In this document: piece after piece, positions 42,971-57,947 of the stretch
Numbering within the stretch: the stretch's first letter is position 1
Layout of the letters: every line of letters starts with the position of its first letter
NCBI RefSeq assembly: GCF_009914755.1
Contig: NC_060931.1
Direction: 5' to 3' (one strand)
DNA: 64,000 bases
DNA from: the human T2T-CHM13v2.0 reference genome, Homo sapiens
Made by a program: the position numbers and the translations under genes
Notes under the pieces: generated by a model
Database searches by the model: none
What the model was told of the DNA's origin: nothing
Seen by the model: the letters and a program-made list of their open reading frames with translations, nothing else

Positions 42971-45900
42971 CTATTCCTACAATTTTAATTGCTCTTTATC
43001 TGACTTAATTGCACTTAAAATGAGGTACTTTTTGCTAGCAACTAAACATAGAGAAGGTCCTAGGATACCAAATAGACGGGAGTAGAAAATACTATGTGAG
43101 AGTTTGTGTTAAATAGTTCAGATAACAGTAATGATCTCTAGAAAACTTGCAGGACATGAGAATAGTCATTTGAGCTTGATTTTAAACATCGAGAGTGAGA
43201 TGAAATAGAATTGTTGCCTTCTCTAAATACATTTTCATTTATACCAAATTAGACTTGACAAAAACTTTTTGGGAAAAATTGGGATAAAAAAATGAGTACT
43301 CCTCTCTATGTCCTGAGGATACCCAGGTTTATTTCTCCAGACTTGGACTTCCTAAATGCCAGATGAATATATTCAGCTGCCCAAGGACCTCTGGACTCAA
43401 ATTTCTTCCTGCACAGCATGCTTATCACCCGAGGTTGAACCTATCCTTTCCCTTCCTCCCAGTCCCCAAATCTGCTATCCTCTCCAGCATTCCCTCAGTC
43501 AATAACATCAACATAACCACCCTTCCCCAACATACTGCAATTACCCAAGCTGGAGACACAATCATTTTGATTCTTCCCTTTTACGTTGATTTTTCTTCCT
43601 AATGTGGTTATAGTGTTAAGACATTAGCTTATCAGCCACTGAAGAAAGGTCTTGCTTTCTGGTCATCGGAGCAAAATCTAAACTTCAGTTGCATCAAGAA
43701 CTACAGGAACAGGAGACAGATGACTCACTTCTACAATGGCCATCATTAGCTCCTGTGGATTTCATTACAACTTGACTGAATTACCTGAGTACTTTGAACT
43801 AATTAGAAAATTAACTCATTTGAAAGGATAGTAAGGTATATGGAAGGATATTTGTTGGAGTTTAAACATTCAAGATGCTGTCTGAAAACTTTGAGAAGTA
43901 CTTAGACCATACATGTGTTCAATTTCTCCATTTAGTACTTGTTCATGTGATTTCATTTGTTTACCTTTTGACAATTCAAAGTGATTATTTTCAATATCAG
44001 GCAATGCATGTACTTGAACTTCTCTGTAGTTAAGCAAAGCAGTCATTGGTGTGTCAAATATGGTGGAATCAGGGAAACACATTATTTCACTCCTAAATAG
44101 GATTTACCGGTTTTTTGTTTTTCTTCTGTTCGTTTTTTACTATCTCTAACAAATTAGAACTTGATATTTAAGATAACAGAGGTAACTTTACAAACCGCTG
44201 GAAAGACATTTTGATTTGACAATTTCTTGACATTTTTTTGCATACATTTTATGTGTGTATATGTGTGTATAGATATGGTGACTGTACCAATCAAGAAGAG
44301 GTGTTATTTAAAGTAACTGATTTTTTAACTTCAATTTTATCATGGAAACATCTGAAAGATAGTTAAAAACTGTAGTTATATCTGTTTTAGTCTGAGAGTA
44401 TAATTAGCACATGTAAAAATTTCCAAGGAGATCTTACTAGTTTTGTACTTTGATCTTTGTTCTGGCTTATAAGTTGGCTAGTTTTATTGGTCACTCAATT
44501 AATGATGATGTCTCTGGTAAATACACATAAGCTACTAATGTGGTCATTTAGCCCCCCACGGAAGTCAGAAGATTGGACTAAGTGTCCACTTAAAGGTGTA
44601 GCGAATTCTAATACTAGTATTTAATCAGTTGTGACTAAACTATCTAAATTTAACTCATATTAAAGACTTGGATAAAAATGAGAAAAAGTGTGCAAAAAAT
44701 GTTTTCTATCTTTTTATTCTCAATAATTGGCACAGTGGTCAAAAAATGGAACTAAACGTTTCTGAATGAATGGAAAAGGCTTTATGGAGCTATTAAAGGA
44801 TAAATTATTATTTGTAACATATTGTACAATATCTGGATCTAAAGTTGAATTTTTTTTCCCCATTTCCGGTGTCCCCCGATAAAAAAAATCACCACTAAGG
44901 CATTTGGTAAAAACTTTAAAATAGTTTAACTTTTAAAAACAAGGTTTAGCTGAAAGCAGATCTCACAGTTTGTGTACTGGAGAGGGGTAAAGCAGTATGT
45001 CAATCTCTTGCCAGCTCTTTTTTTTTTTTTTTTTTAAGAGAAAAGTTTTTTAGTTTTCTAGGAGGAGTTAGACATAAATATCTCAAAACAATTTTAAATA
45101 ATTAGGTGAACTTCACAGATTTTTCTTTTTTGTCAAGAAATTACATGTTGGAGTAGAGTTTATATTTTCTATTCTAGTACACGATGACCCTCCATTGTAA
45201 AAAAAAAAAAAAAAAAAAAAAGCATACACAAAGTAGCAGAGACATTCATTTCTTTGAGTCACTAATAATTTCTGAAAGATGATAAATTCAAATCCTGTCC
45301 TTTTTCCTCAGGGAAAAAATTAAGCATTCTGTTGGCTCTCCTCTGAATTATTTTAATAAAAAATAGAATGCTTTATTACTATTTGTGAACATAGAAAGTA
45401 AGTATTTGATTACACGGGAGGACTACTTTATAATTTCACTTCACGGATTCAAATGGGGAATTCTCAAGAATTTTAAACTCGATTTCAACATGTGGGGGCT
45501 TATTTTGGATTTCTTGATTTGTTACGCGGCTTTCAGGTATATTTAAAAATCCAAGAAATGCAGGAGGTTTTAAAGAAATAACTAGCTGTGTGATTTCTGG
45601 CTCTGTCCAAAGGTTTGCTTTTACAGATTTCTTACTAATGTAGGTTTTCCTCATCTTAATTCTAAGCATATATTTAGTGATCTAAAGTTAGAAAATCTAA
45701 AGCACAATTTAAATGATTAAACACTAAAGGTTCAAAGGGGGGAAAAAGCTTAATCATGCCTTTGTAATGTGAATGGTAAAGACACCAATTATTGACTAGA
45801 TGCAGCCGACTGTGAATGGACAGCCATGTTTAAAGAGAAGTTAACTATAAAGCAGGGAAGCGTCTCTGGTGAGTCAGAGAATTCGTAACTTGAGGAACTC

Positions 45901-46499
45901 CTAGTGGAAATGAAGTGGAAAGACAGTTTCTTTCATCAATGAGAAAACGTCTAGAAGGAAAAGAGGGTTAATAAAACTCACCAGAGAAACTTACTGATAA
46001 TGATTCACAAATTAAATCAGTTTACGTCATACATTACACCCTTTGTATTACGTTAACCAACGAGCATACTAATCAGTATGGAAAATGCCGCTTTAACTTG
46101 CCTCAATTTCGTAATCGCCCGCCCCCGCCCCCGCTTTGTAAATTCTCTAGACTCCAGCTTCTCGCTTGCTCACAGTCCATCCCCCAGCCTCACTCTTCCT
46201 GGCACTTAGGTGGCGGCTCAACAAACTTAGGTGAACTGAACAGAGCTGACAAGGCAATCTCAAGTTGCTGTCCTGGGAGTGGTGAGGCAAGGCACAAGAG
46301 AAAGGACTTCTAGTTCTTCCCACTGCCAGTGCAGCCCCCAGCATCACTTTCGACCCCTTCGTGCCTGGGGCCGTGATTTGTGGGTGATCAAGTCCCTCGC
46401 TAGCCTGCAGTACTTCCGCTGGTGCAGTCATCTCCTTCCCCTCGCACTAAAACAATACCCTGGCCTCCTGCCAAACTCTTGAGCAGCGAGCAACTCTGG

Positions 46500-47060
46500 C
46501 TGTTTATGGCCCGGATTGGGTGCTGCAAGAGGCTTGGGCCGCTCTAAGTGTTAGCAGAGGCCCGGAGGAAAAGAAGAGGCCCAAGCTTTAAAACACTCCC
46601 TTCCTCCGCCCCCTCCCTTTTGTCCCAGACACCAAAACAAACGAGCTGATACACGTGTCCCTATGACTCTTGTTTACTATCAAGACTGCGCTGTGCGAGC
46701 GCCTCTGGGATACGTAGTCCAGCTCTTCCCCGGCCAGCAGTCTCCCACAGCCAAGGACCAAGGCTTGAGACTACGAACCCACAATCCATTTCGGGGACAA
46801 AGTTTGGCTTGGGTCCCCGGACTCTCGGCAATAGTCCAATCCGAAGCACTTACTCTTGTGATTGACATGCCATCTTCTCCAGTAAACACAACACAAAAGT
46901 CAATACATGCCCGCCCCCCGAGACGGACCACGGTACCACCCAATGGGAAAGGGGAAGAACCGAATGGCAGTTCTGCAGTCCAATAAGAGGGCGAAAGAGC
47001 TGGGCGGGGCTCAACCCCCAGGGGGTTGAGGGGAGGGGGAAGACGAAGCTTGAAAGACTT
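46500..47060 (+). promoter_or_regulatory. HBP1: HBP1 proximal promoter (TATA-less; CCAAT boxes, GC boxes, forkhead sites, E-box)
   Basis: CCAAT at 46836, 46940, 46980; GC boxes at ~46909 and 47002; TTGTTTAC at 46670; GTAAACA at 46882; CACGTG at 46652. Confidence 0.8.
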
Positions 47061-47064
47061 GGTA

Positions 47065-47079
47065 ATGGCGACGGGTTTG
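47065..47079 (+). CDS. HBP1: HBP1 alternative exon 1a coding part (MATGL), in frame with exon 2
   Basis: gtaATGG (good Kozak) ATG GCG ACG GGT TTG|gtaagt, a strong phase-0 donor; joins TCA GAG CAC CAT AAC ATG to give MATGLSEHHN-MVWEVK. Confidence 0.75.
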
Positions 47080-47089
47080 GTAAGTAGGA

Positions 47090-47237
47090 AAGTTTCGGTT
47101 GAGGAGTAAGAGCTGCCGCGGGAGCAGTAACCCGCGCGGGGGAGGCCGACGTCGGTCGGAGAGGGGGTACGAGAGCTGCTGGTGGTGTTGTCGTGGCCGG
47201 AGCGGCCCGCGCCTGGGCTGCCGGCACTTCGCGGCAG
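47090..47237 (+). other. HBP1: HBP1 non-coding first exon 1b (start approximate)
   Basis: GC-rich leader ending in the candidate donor GCAG|gtttgt, followed by intronic G-runs. Confidence 0.55.
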
Positions 47238-48649
47238 GTTTGTTGTCTTTCAGTTAGGGAAGAGGTGGGGGTGGGGAAGGGAGGGGCAGGAGCGCGGGGG
47301 ATTGGGCAGACTGGAGGGCTCGGGTCCTCGTTCCTTCTTCTCGGAGGGTTGCCCTTGGGGTGGGGGCAGTTAACCGTTCGATTGGTGCCCGCGGCGAGCC
47401 CACCGGAGCAGCGTCTCCCGCGAGCTCACCTGGGCTTCGGGGCGGCGGCGCTAGGGGGTCTCGGGCGGGGGCCGGGAGGAGGCAGGGGGAGGGCGAAGTT
47501 CCGGGCCAGGTCGCGCGGTGGGTGGCCGGGCCGGGTGTGGAGATGGGGCGGGCCAGGGCGGGGGAAGGGGCCGACGCAGCGCCGGGGCTGCCCAGGAAAG
47601 TTTGACTTCAACTCCCCGTTTGTGGGCGGAGGGTCGGAGCTTGGCCAGGGGTGGGGGGCTGGCCGGAGGTGGGGGACCCCAGTGAGGCGCCGCCTCCTTC
47701 TGGACTGAGGGGGATTCTGGCTGAGCTGAGGAGCTCGCGGAGCCGCTGGGCCCCGGGGCTCATTGTTACGCAGTTCGAATGAATGGGCTCCCAGGCGCCT
47801 GCGCGCTGGGGCTGAGCCGAGGGGAAAAACAAGCCCGGAGTCCGGGCTGCGGTCACATGATGGGGGGAAGGGAGGGGAACGCGATGAATGGCGAAAGAGG
47901 GTGGGGGATGGACTTGGCGTGAACCGGGAGGCACCGCTCTGTGTGACCCAAAGAGGAGGCTTGGCAGGCGATTCCAGTCTCCGCCTTTCAACCTATGCTG
48001 CCACCGCAGGCCGATTGAAACAAAACAAAACAAACCAGGCGAAGTGGACAGCCAGGTTTTTGTAGCTTTAAATGCTGCGTGCTGTCTAGGGTGTTTCACT
48101 CTCCGCTGTGCACTCTACACTCGAGTTCATTCTTAGGGAGTTTTCAGCTACAGTCGTTTTTAGAAGGAGCACTGACAGCGAGGTAATACTCAAGTTTTCT
48201 GTTTGTTTTGTTTTTGGCTCATGGTGCCACTGATGCCAGGACGAGAGGAGGCTTAGAAAAGGAGTTATACATACTGGGAAGCGATGGAGTCCTACTAACA
48301 GCTCGGATGGAGGCTTTAGCTTTATTAATACTTCCCTCTGAATAGCCGTAAGCACTCCTAATAGTGGTTTTGAAATTAAAGGTACTTTTTGAGAATTAGA
48401 ATAATTTTAACATTGGAAATACTTTTCTGGTCATTTAACAGTGATCTAAATCTGCAATGTATGTCTTGTACTTTTGGTTTTTTTTTGCTATTTTCCTTTA
48501 TCTTGCAAATGAGTGTGGTAGAGTCGGTCATCTGTTCAGTTGCCTTGGTTAAACTCAGTTCTTGCAAGGTAGACAGTAGTTGACAAAATTTCAAGGAAAT
48601 TTGAATTATATTGAGAATTAAATCCACTCCCTAAAGTTTTTGGGTTATG

Positions 48650-48770
48650 TTATACTTTTGAGGAGCCGTTTAACCACTTTAAAGCAAAATATTGTTTGTG
48701 CTTTCTCTACTGATAAATTATAGAATGAAGTTTTGATTTCACTTTCTAGTTTCATCTTAGTTTTGTAAAC
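48650..48770 (+). repeat. Source copy of a 121-bp local duplication (second copy at 50306-50426)
   Basis: 118 of 121 positions identical by manual alignment. Confidence 0.92.
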
Positions 48771-48963
48771 CTACTTATCTTTTCTGTCTCGAAAACCCTT
48801 CCTCTTTCTTAACTTCTCAAACTCCTAACTACATACCCTAGTTAAAAGGGTACCTTCTCCCAGGATTGCCCACCTACATGTCTCCGCTATCCTGTGTGCT
48901 TCACAGGGCATACCTCTCAGACGTCAAACATGATACTGTCACTGTAAGAGTTGTTTTCTTCAC

Positions 48964-49423
<460 letters not shown>

Positions 49424-49619
49424 CACTATATTTTAACTTCTTTGGATTCTTTCCTCACTAATCGAAGTGGCCAGTGAAGAAGGCATATGGCACGATGGCA
49501 TGGACTTATGAAACTGCTCTGTGCTGAGGGTTCTTCAGGGTGAATTGCAAGCTGGTGTTTTGTATATGTGTTTGAAATAAAAATACTGGTACTCCCCTTT
49601 CCACCCCACGCATACATTA

Positions 49620-49979
<360 letters not shown>

Positions 49980-50140
49980 TTACTTAGAATGGAAAAATAA
50001 ATCACAATGAATTAAAAAAAAATTAAAGCTGCCAGATACCTGCATATCACAAAATTCAGGGAAAAATGGCATACTCTAATATTCTTATTAATTGCCTGAT
50101 ATCAGTAACATTCACATTTTTCATATACTTATCAGCATTT

Positions 50141-50507
50141 ACTTTGGTGCTTCATAATTTCTACTATCATTTTCTATAGAGAAACTAGAAACATAATTTT
50201 CTCCATAATTGTGGTTGAGTTTTTAAAAGTTATTGATCATAGCTTTAAAAAAAAGCTTTTCCCACAAGTTTTTATAGATAATGTAAAAATGTTTAGGAGT
50301 TTATCTTATACTTTTGAGGAGCCATTTAACCACTTTAAAGCAAAATATTGTTTGTGCTTACTCGACTGATAAATTATAGAATGAAGTTTTGATTTCACTT
50401 TCTAGTTTCATCTTAGTTTTGTAAACTCAGTGAACCACATTATGGAGAAAATTATGTTTCTAGTTTCTCCATAGAAAATGATAATAGAAATTATGAAGCA
50501 CCAAAGT
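50141..50507. repeat. Inverted repeat (arms 50141-50223 and 50423-50507) enclosing the duplicated 121-bp segment
   Basis: actttggtgcttcataatttct... pairs with ...agaaattatgaagcaccaaagt; 2 substitutions and small indels. Confidence 0.92.
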
Positions 50508-50799
50508 TTAGGAAAACAAGTTTCATAAGAATTTTTAGATGATGTCGTTTTAATATGTGACTTATCTTATATGACTCATCTTAAATACTTATTTGAATTG
50601 ACAGTACTCCTAAAACAGTTTGTGGATGACTGCTTCTGCTATTAATGGGTTTTCTATTGTCTTGATCAATATAGTATTTCATGTTGAATGAGCATGAAAT
50701 TACTAAGAACTTGTATAGATGTGGATTGGGCAGTGTCTGTGGGATGTAATATCTTTTATACCTACAACAATTCTGATAGGTAGATAGGTACTAGTCCCA

Positions 50800-50945
50800 T
50801 TTTTTTTTACTTATTTTTAAAAATTTTTTAGAGATGGGATCTTGCTATGTTGCCCTGGTTGGTCTTGAACTCCTGGCTCAAGCGATCTTCCTGTCTTGGT
50901 CTCCCAAAGTGCTGGCATTGCAGGCCTGAGTGACTGGGCCTGGCC
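50800..50945 (-). mobile_element. FLAM-type Alu monomer
   Basis: TSD ACTAGTC. Confidence 0.85.
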
Positions 50946-53621
50946 ACTAGTCTTATTTACAAATAAAAAAAACAGGTCCAAATAAGAAAACAGGCCTAGA
51001 GATTTAATTGTTCAGGGCCATGAAAGTGGTAAGTGACCAAAACGAATCCACTAAGGGTTTTTGTTGTTGTTTTGTCTTTTCTTGTAGCCCGGTGGCAAAC
51101 TAGAGTTGTAGACAAATACCTGTGAAATCTTTTGAAGTTTTGTTGAAAATACTCTAAAAGAACAGCATTACAGCCTCAGAGATGCTTTTGGTATAGAAAG
51201 TTGCATTTAATATACTTTGTTATGGAGGCTTGTTTTAGCATGTAATTATGTAATCCATTTAAAATACCTCAGTTTCAGAGATAGAAATTAATTGCAAATT
51301 ACCTTTTCTTCACCTACTCTTTGAAAACAATTTGAGCGTGTAGTCTGGACTGGTTATGGAAATCCTTCAGGATTAGGGGAGAGCATATAGAAGATCCTGC
51401 TGTGGATTCCATGATGATGATGGAAAAGTAAGGATTCAGGGAATAATAGGCACTTGAAAGCAGGAAGTAACCCATGCTGGCTTATACCTTTTGTCTTTTT
51501 TCCCTCTCAGCTCTCGCCTTCAAAAAGAAAATGATCCCATTTAGTCATCATAGTCCTGTTTTCCTCATCCATAATAATACTTTATTCACAGAGTTGTTCT
51601 GAGTTTAAAATAAAATTAGATGAAGTACATGGAAGTGCTGTGTAGGTAAGCATTTTGTAAAACTGTTTCCTTCTTCATTCATTGAGACTTAGGTTTTTCT
51701 AGTTCTCTCTTTCTCTCCTGTCTTAAGATTTTGTGGATATTTGCTTCTGGAAGTTTGCATACCAAAAGCAATGGGGCATTCTAAGAAAGTAAAATTTGTA
51801 ACACTGAACATGACATTTCAGAGTACAACTTCTGGAAAATAGATACTGAGAATCACTGATCTCGTGAAGAGATGACATGTGCAGAGTTAACTAAAATACA
51901 AGGCAAGCTGTGTTGAATCTGATACCAAAGCAGTATACAAAAGCATGAATGAACAATAGGGTTAGCTCTACCAGGAGATATTTGAAAGAGGAGCTTGTTT
52001 ATCAAAATGAGTATGTAATTGGTATAATATATGTAGGGGAGTAAGAAATGTAAGGGCTTCCCTGGTATTCCTTTATTGTATTGGAGACCTTGCTTTCTTT
52101 CTTCAGAATAGTTGAGAATAGACAGAAGAGACAGAAAATTTCCATTTGTATGTAGTTTTGAATTTTGTTTTCATATATTGAATTCTCAGAATAGCCCTGT
52201 GAGGTAAGTAGAGGGACCGACCGTGAGTCTGAGATTGAGTGAGTGACCTGTCCCCGGTTACACAGCTAGTAAGAGTGAAACTGAAGTCTGTTGTCTTGAA
52301 GTGTAGCTTCTCTTACTGTATGGTAGCTTTACAGTAGCAGAACTTCAGTTTTCTCAGGACCAAACTTCTGATAGCCTTGAGCAATGAGAGGTGTGAACAC
52401 ATAGAACTTATATTCAGTAAATATTTATTTGGTTCTTTTGGTTATTTATAGGTAGCTCTGTTTTGAAATTAAAATAATGTCTTTTTCCAACTTCATTTAA
52501 GGAGTTTTGGGATGGTGGTTGATAACTAAGACAAAGTGCTGAAGAAATGATAGAAGTTGCAAAGAGACGTTAGTGTACTATACTTGGTGAATGTTGGAAA
52601 CTGCAGGACCTGCTGTAGGGAAGAAAAAAGTTCTAGCTGGAAAGAATGAGGAAACCAAAGAGCTCTGCAGAGGGAGGGGGAAGACAAGACAGACTGCAGC
52701 TGTGCTTCTGTGGACCCCAAGAACAGCACTGTTCATACACAGAGGATAGCTCTGAAGAGAGATACCTGTGTAGTGCAGCTTCTAAATTTCATAATAAAGG
52801 TAAAAATGGGAAATGTTTTCAGTTCAGATAAGGTTGACTGTGCAGCTCACATCTGTATGTGAAGCATAGTACGGATATTCATAAGGATTTTTAGTTATCA
52901 AAATAGGTTAAATTATATTCTGTATACTTAAGATGCCAGAAATACTTCTATGGAAAGAGTTAAAATCTCCTATCTAAACTGTTAATATTAGGTGTTTAAA
53001 GAACTCACATAGTATGACTAGTTTCTCTCTTAAGAGTTAATAAATAAGGAATCTGCACTGAGAACCATTGCAAAGGAAGCTGGAGACGGGTGGCTTTCAT
53101 AGAGACTGGGAATGTGAGTGCTCTCTTTAAAAAAAAAAATACCCTCCTTAAAATATTATAGGTGTTCCTGCATACTCATACAGTATTTCAGTATGATTTT
53201 GTCCATAGACTCAAAGAGACTGTTTTAAAGTATAGTTCTGATCATGTCAGACCTCTTTTAAAAAAAAAAATCATCAGTGGTTCTTCATTGTCTGATAATT
53301 GCTAATCATAACACTAGCCACTGTACATTGAAGGTTTGCTTTGTGTTAGGCTCTATTCTGAGCATTTTACATGATCTCACTGAGTTTTTGTAGCAGCCTG
53401 TGAGGTAGGTACTTTTATTGCCATTTTATAAACAAGGCATGAAGATTTTAAGTAAATTATTTAGGGTACATAGCTAGTAAGTGGCAAATCTGGTATTTAA
53501 ACTCAGGCAGCCTGATTTCAGAGCCCCTATTCTTGTCTCTAAATAAATAAATAGTTTTCCTAAACTACAATTGAAGACTCTGATCCTAGACTACCTTTCC
53601 ATATAGTAGTAGTAGTAGTAG

Positions 53622-54376
<755 letters not shown>

Positions 54377-56239
54377 CCTTCTTTTCTTTTAACCCATTCA
54401 TAGCCAAGTCCTGCTCTGTAGAACTATGGTCATTTGCTTATATCTTTCCACTAAAGTCAGACTCATGATGAATTGTTCATTAGTGAGATCCAGCATTGCA
54501 ACTAATACAATGCCCTGTACATAGTATTTATTAAATAAATGATTTTTTTAATAAGTAGGAATTTAGCAACCATTTTTAGCCCAGTGTATCTCAGTATTCT
54601 GCACCTGGAAACAAAAACTAGTGCACAAAGCCATACCCCACACCAAACAGATCAGATCCTCTGGGGATGGGGCCTGGACAACATTTTTTTAAGCATATGT
54701 ATGATTTCGTGTGCCACAGAGTAGAGAATCACTGATGAAATTAAATTTGCTCCATTTTTTTTTTTTTTTTTTTCAGGGAGAGAGTGGAGGCTTAAAATCG
54801 TGATTTCATACTTGAGAAATAGATTTGTGTTACACATTTTCTCTAGTCGCTAGTTCTGTGGGGGAAATTGTTATATCCTAGCATATTTGCTGTAACTATA
54901 TGCTAAGACTGATTGTGATCAGTACATTGTACTAAACTGGAGAAGCGTTAATTTCTTCCAAATTTCATCTTTTAGGGGCTTGAAGTAATGGCATGATACA
55001 TGATTTTTATGGAGATGTGCTGGATGACTTGTCATAATATCACCTAGGGAGGAGACTGTTGAAACTGAATAGCTATCTGGTTTCCACCTGTTAATTATGT
55101 ATTTTCAGTAGCTGTTCTATTTAGGACATTACAGACCCAAAGTATGTTTAATATTGCCCTATGTCTGGGGATAAAAAAATTTCAAAAGACGTCATTTTAC
55201 ACTTTTTTCACTATTTCATTTCATCTTCACAACTACTATCAGAGGAGAGTAGGGCAGGTATCATTAGCTCTATTTTACAGATGAAGAGAAACTCAGTCAC
55301 TTAGGTCATATATTTGGTAAGTGATCAAGTTGGAATCAAAACCCGTTTCCTTACATCTAACCCAGTGCCCTTTTTGCTACACCATAATAGTAGCAAATTG
55401 TATAGTCAGTATTGAGCAAGGCTCTAAAGCAGTGCCCAGGCTAAGGGTTATTTTTGAGGGATATAGGCAGATAGCATCCAAAATAGAATATTAGACATAC
55501 AGTAAGGCAATATGCATGCAGTTGGGCTATGTGTCAAGAACGCTGTATCTAGCAATCTAAAATAATCAGATGTAAGCAAATACTTTTAAAAAATAAGAAT
55601 ATAAATTCAGTGTTTAGAAGAGTGAAGAAACTGGGAATAGCATATTCAGTAGTAGAGGGGATAAGTGAATTTCGGTACATCCTTCTGATGTATATTTAAC
55701 CATTTAGAGCTTTGAAAAAATAACATAGGAAAATGCTTATGAACTTATATTAGGCCAAAAGGTATCAAACTATAATATGAAATATGAAGAAAAACATGAT
55801 TGAGTATATGTGTACATGAAGAAGAAATTGGATTGTAATACATCAAAATGTAAAAATATCTAAGTCTGGTTGGTGGGGTTAGAAGTAATCATATTCCTTT
55901 TTTTCCAAAAAAATTTTTTTTCCCATTTTTTTTCACAGTGATTGTATTTTCTAGTCAGGAATACATTTCAAAACCAAAAAGATCATGAAAAAGTCTTCGT
56001 AGAAAGAAATTTATCAGTGTCATCGGTGTTTATTGGTAATTAACATCATGACTTAGAAAGCTTATAAATATTAAGTGATTAACATTTTTTCAGTGCAGTT
56101 TTGATCAGCCTGCACTGGGTGCTTGACTTTCAGTGACTTTTAACAGCAATATATTTTATTGCTTTATTTTGAGGAAAAATATGTTGTTGCAAAAGTCAGG
56201 ATTTTTTTGTGTATTTCATATTCACTCATTAGAACTTTT

Positions 56240-56364
56240 TCTTTAAGAGGGGGGGTCTTGCTACATTGCCCAGGCTGGATTCCAACGCATAGGCTGAAGT
56301 TGTCGTCCCCCTTCAGTCTACCCTAAGTAGCTGGAACTATAGGCATGAGCTACTGCATCAGGCT
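56240..56364 (-). mobile_element. Old Alu monomer (FLAM/FRAM-like)
   Basis: TSD TAGAACTTTTT. Confidence 0.7.
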
Positions 56365-56804
56365 AGAACTTTTTTAAAAAATGGAATTTAGACTAGAGCC
56401 TGAGAAATCAGAAAAATCTTACCATTGTTGCTTATGTTAAATAAAGAACTAATTCGATCGTTGTCCAAAGGGTGAAATAAAAGAGACAACCACATTTTCC
56501 TTTCATAATAATATTTAGTTGTTGGATTTTGCTGAGAAATTATTTAAATTTATTAACCCATATTCTCTTCCTTGTGATAATTTTGTAGGCTTGCAGGTAG
56601 ATTTACTAGTTGTTTAAATTTCCCATGATGATTATTCATCTTTCTATACATAATATCCTATTCAGAATGACAGGTATCTTTTATTATGGCTAGGTCCCAA
56701 ATTTTCATTAAGAAAACCTAAGAACATTTTTATTTTTATGAGAATTGTAATATATGACCATTTTAAGAAACTCTGAAATGTTATTTAGAAAATGTACTTT
56801 TTTT

Positions 56805-57177
<373 letters not shown>

Positions 57178-57543
57178 TTAAAATAGAATCTTTAAAAAAG
57201 GACAAAATAGAATATTCTTCCAGTTTTTTTTAACTTTTATTAAGGAAAGTTTTTAAATTTCCTTTTGAATTTGAAGGTACAAGTGAAAAAAAGAGTCCTA
57301 TTAGTCTCAGTTTTTGCATCTGAAAGGACGGTTACTAGGTTAAATAAAAGTATATACAATGCCATTTTTCCTCAGCAGAAAAGACTTTTTTTTATAATTC
57401 AAGATATTAATCTTTTGGGATTGAAATGTGATTTAGTGCTGAGTATTCAGTTGTAGGCCAAGATGTTAAGGAGTCATCCGGGTCTAAAGGATTTGAGGGA
57501 GCTATAAATGGCAGTGTATGATTAAGTTAAAATCTAACACTGT

Positions 57544-57848
<305 letters not shown>

Positions 57849-57947
57849 TCATGTCTCTGATTTATTTTAGGTTTGTGTACTGCCCAAATTGCATGGCTTG
57901 ACATCATTTCTTAATGTCGTTTTTATTTTAAGTCAGAGCACCATAAC

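Larger units (their letters stand above)
46900..48050. promoter_or_regulatory. HBP1: CpG island over the HBP1 first exons and intron 1 start
   Basis: Abrupt rise in GC and CpG density against AT-rich flanks; boundaries estimated by eye. Confidence 0.9.

Noticed and set aside
46200-46218. CTCF-like CACTTAGGTGGCGG upstream of HBP1
   Set aside because: The 5' half of the core mismatches the consensus at several conserved positions
47888-48055. ORF MAKEGGG... with a phase-0 CAG|GTTTTT that could splice in frame to HBP1 exon 2
   Set aside because: Very weak donor, poor -3 Kozak base and an overlapping out-of-frame ATG at 47884; not supportable without transcript data
46147-48355. Cluster of overlapping ORFs on both strands
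   Set aside because: Expected from stop-codon scarcity in a CpG island; low-complexity Gly/Pro/Arg products
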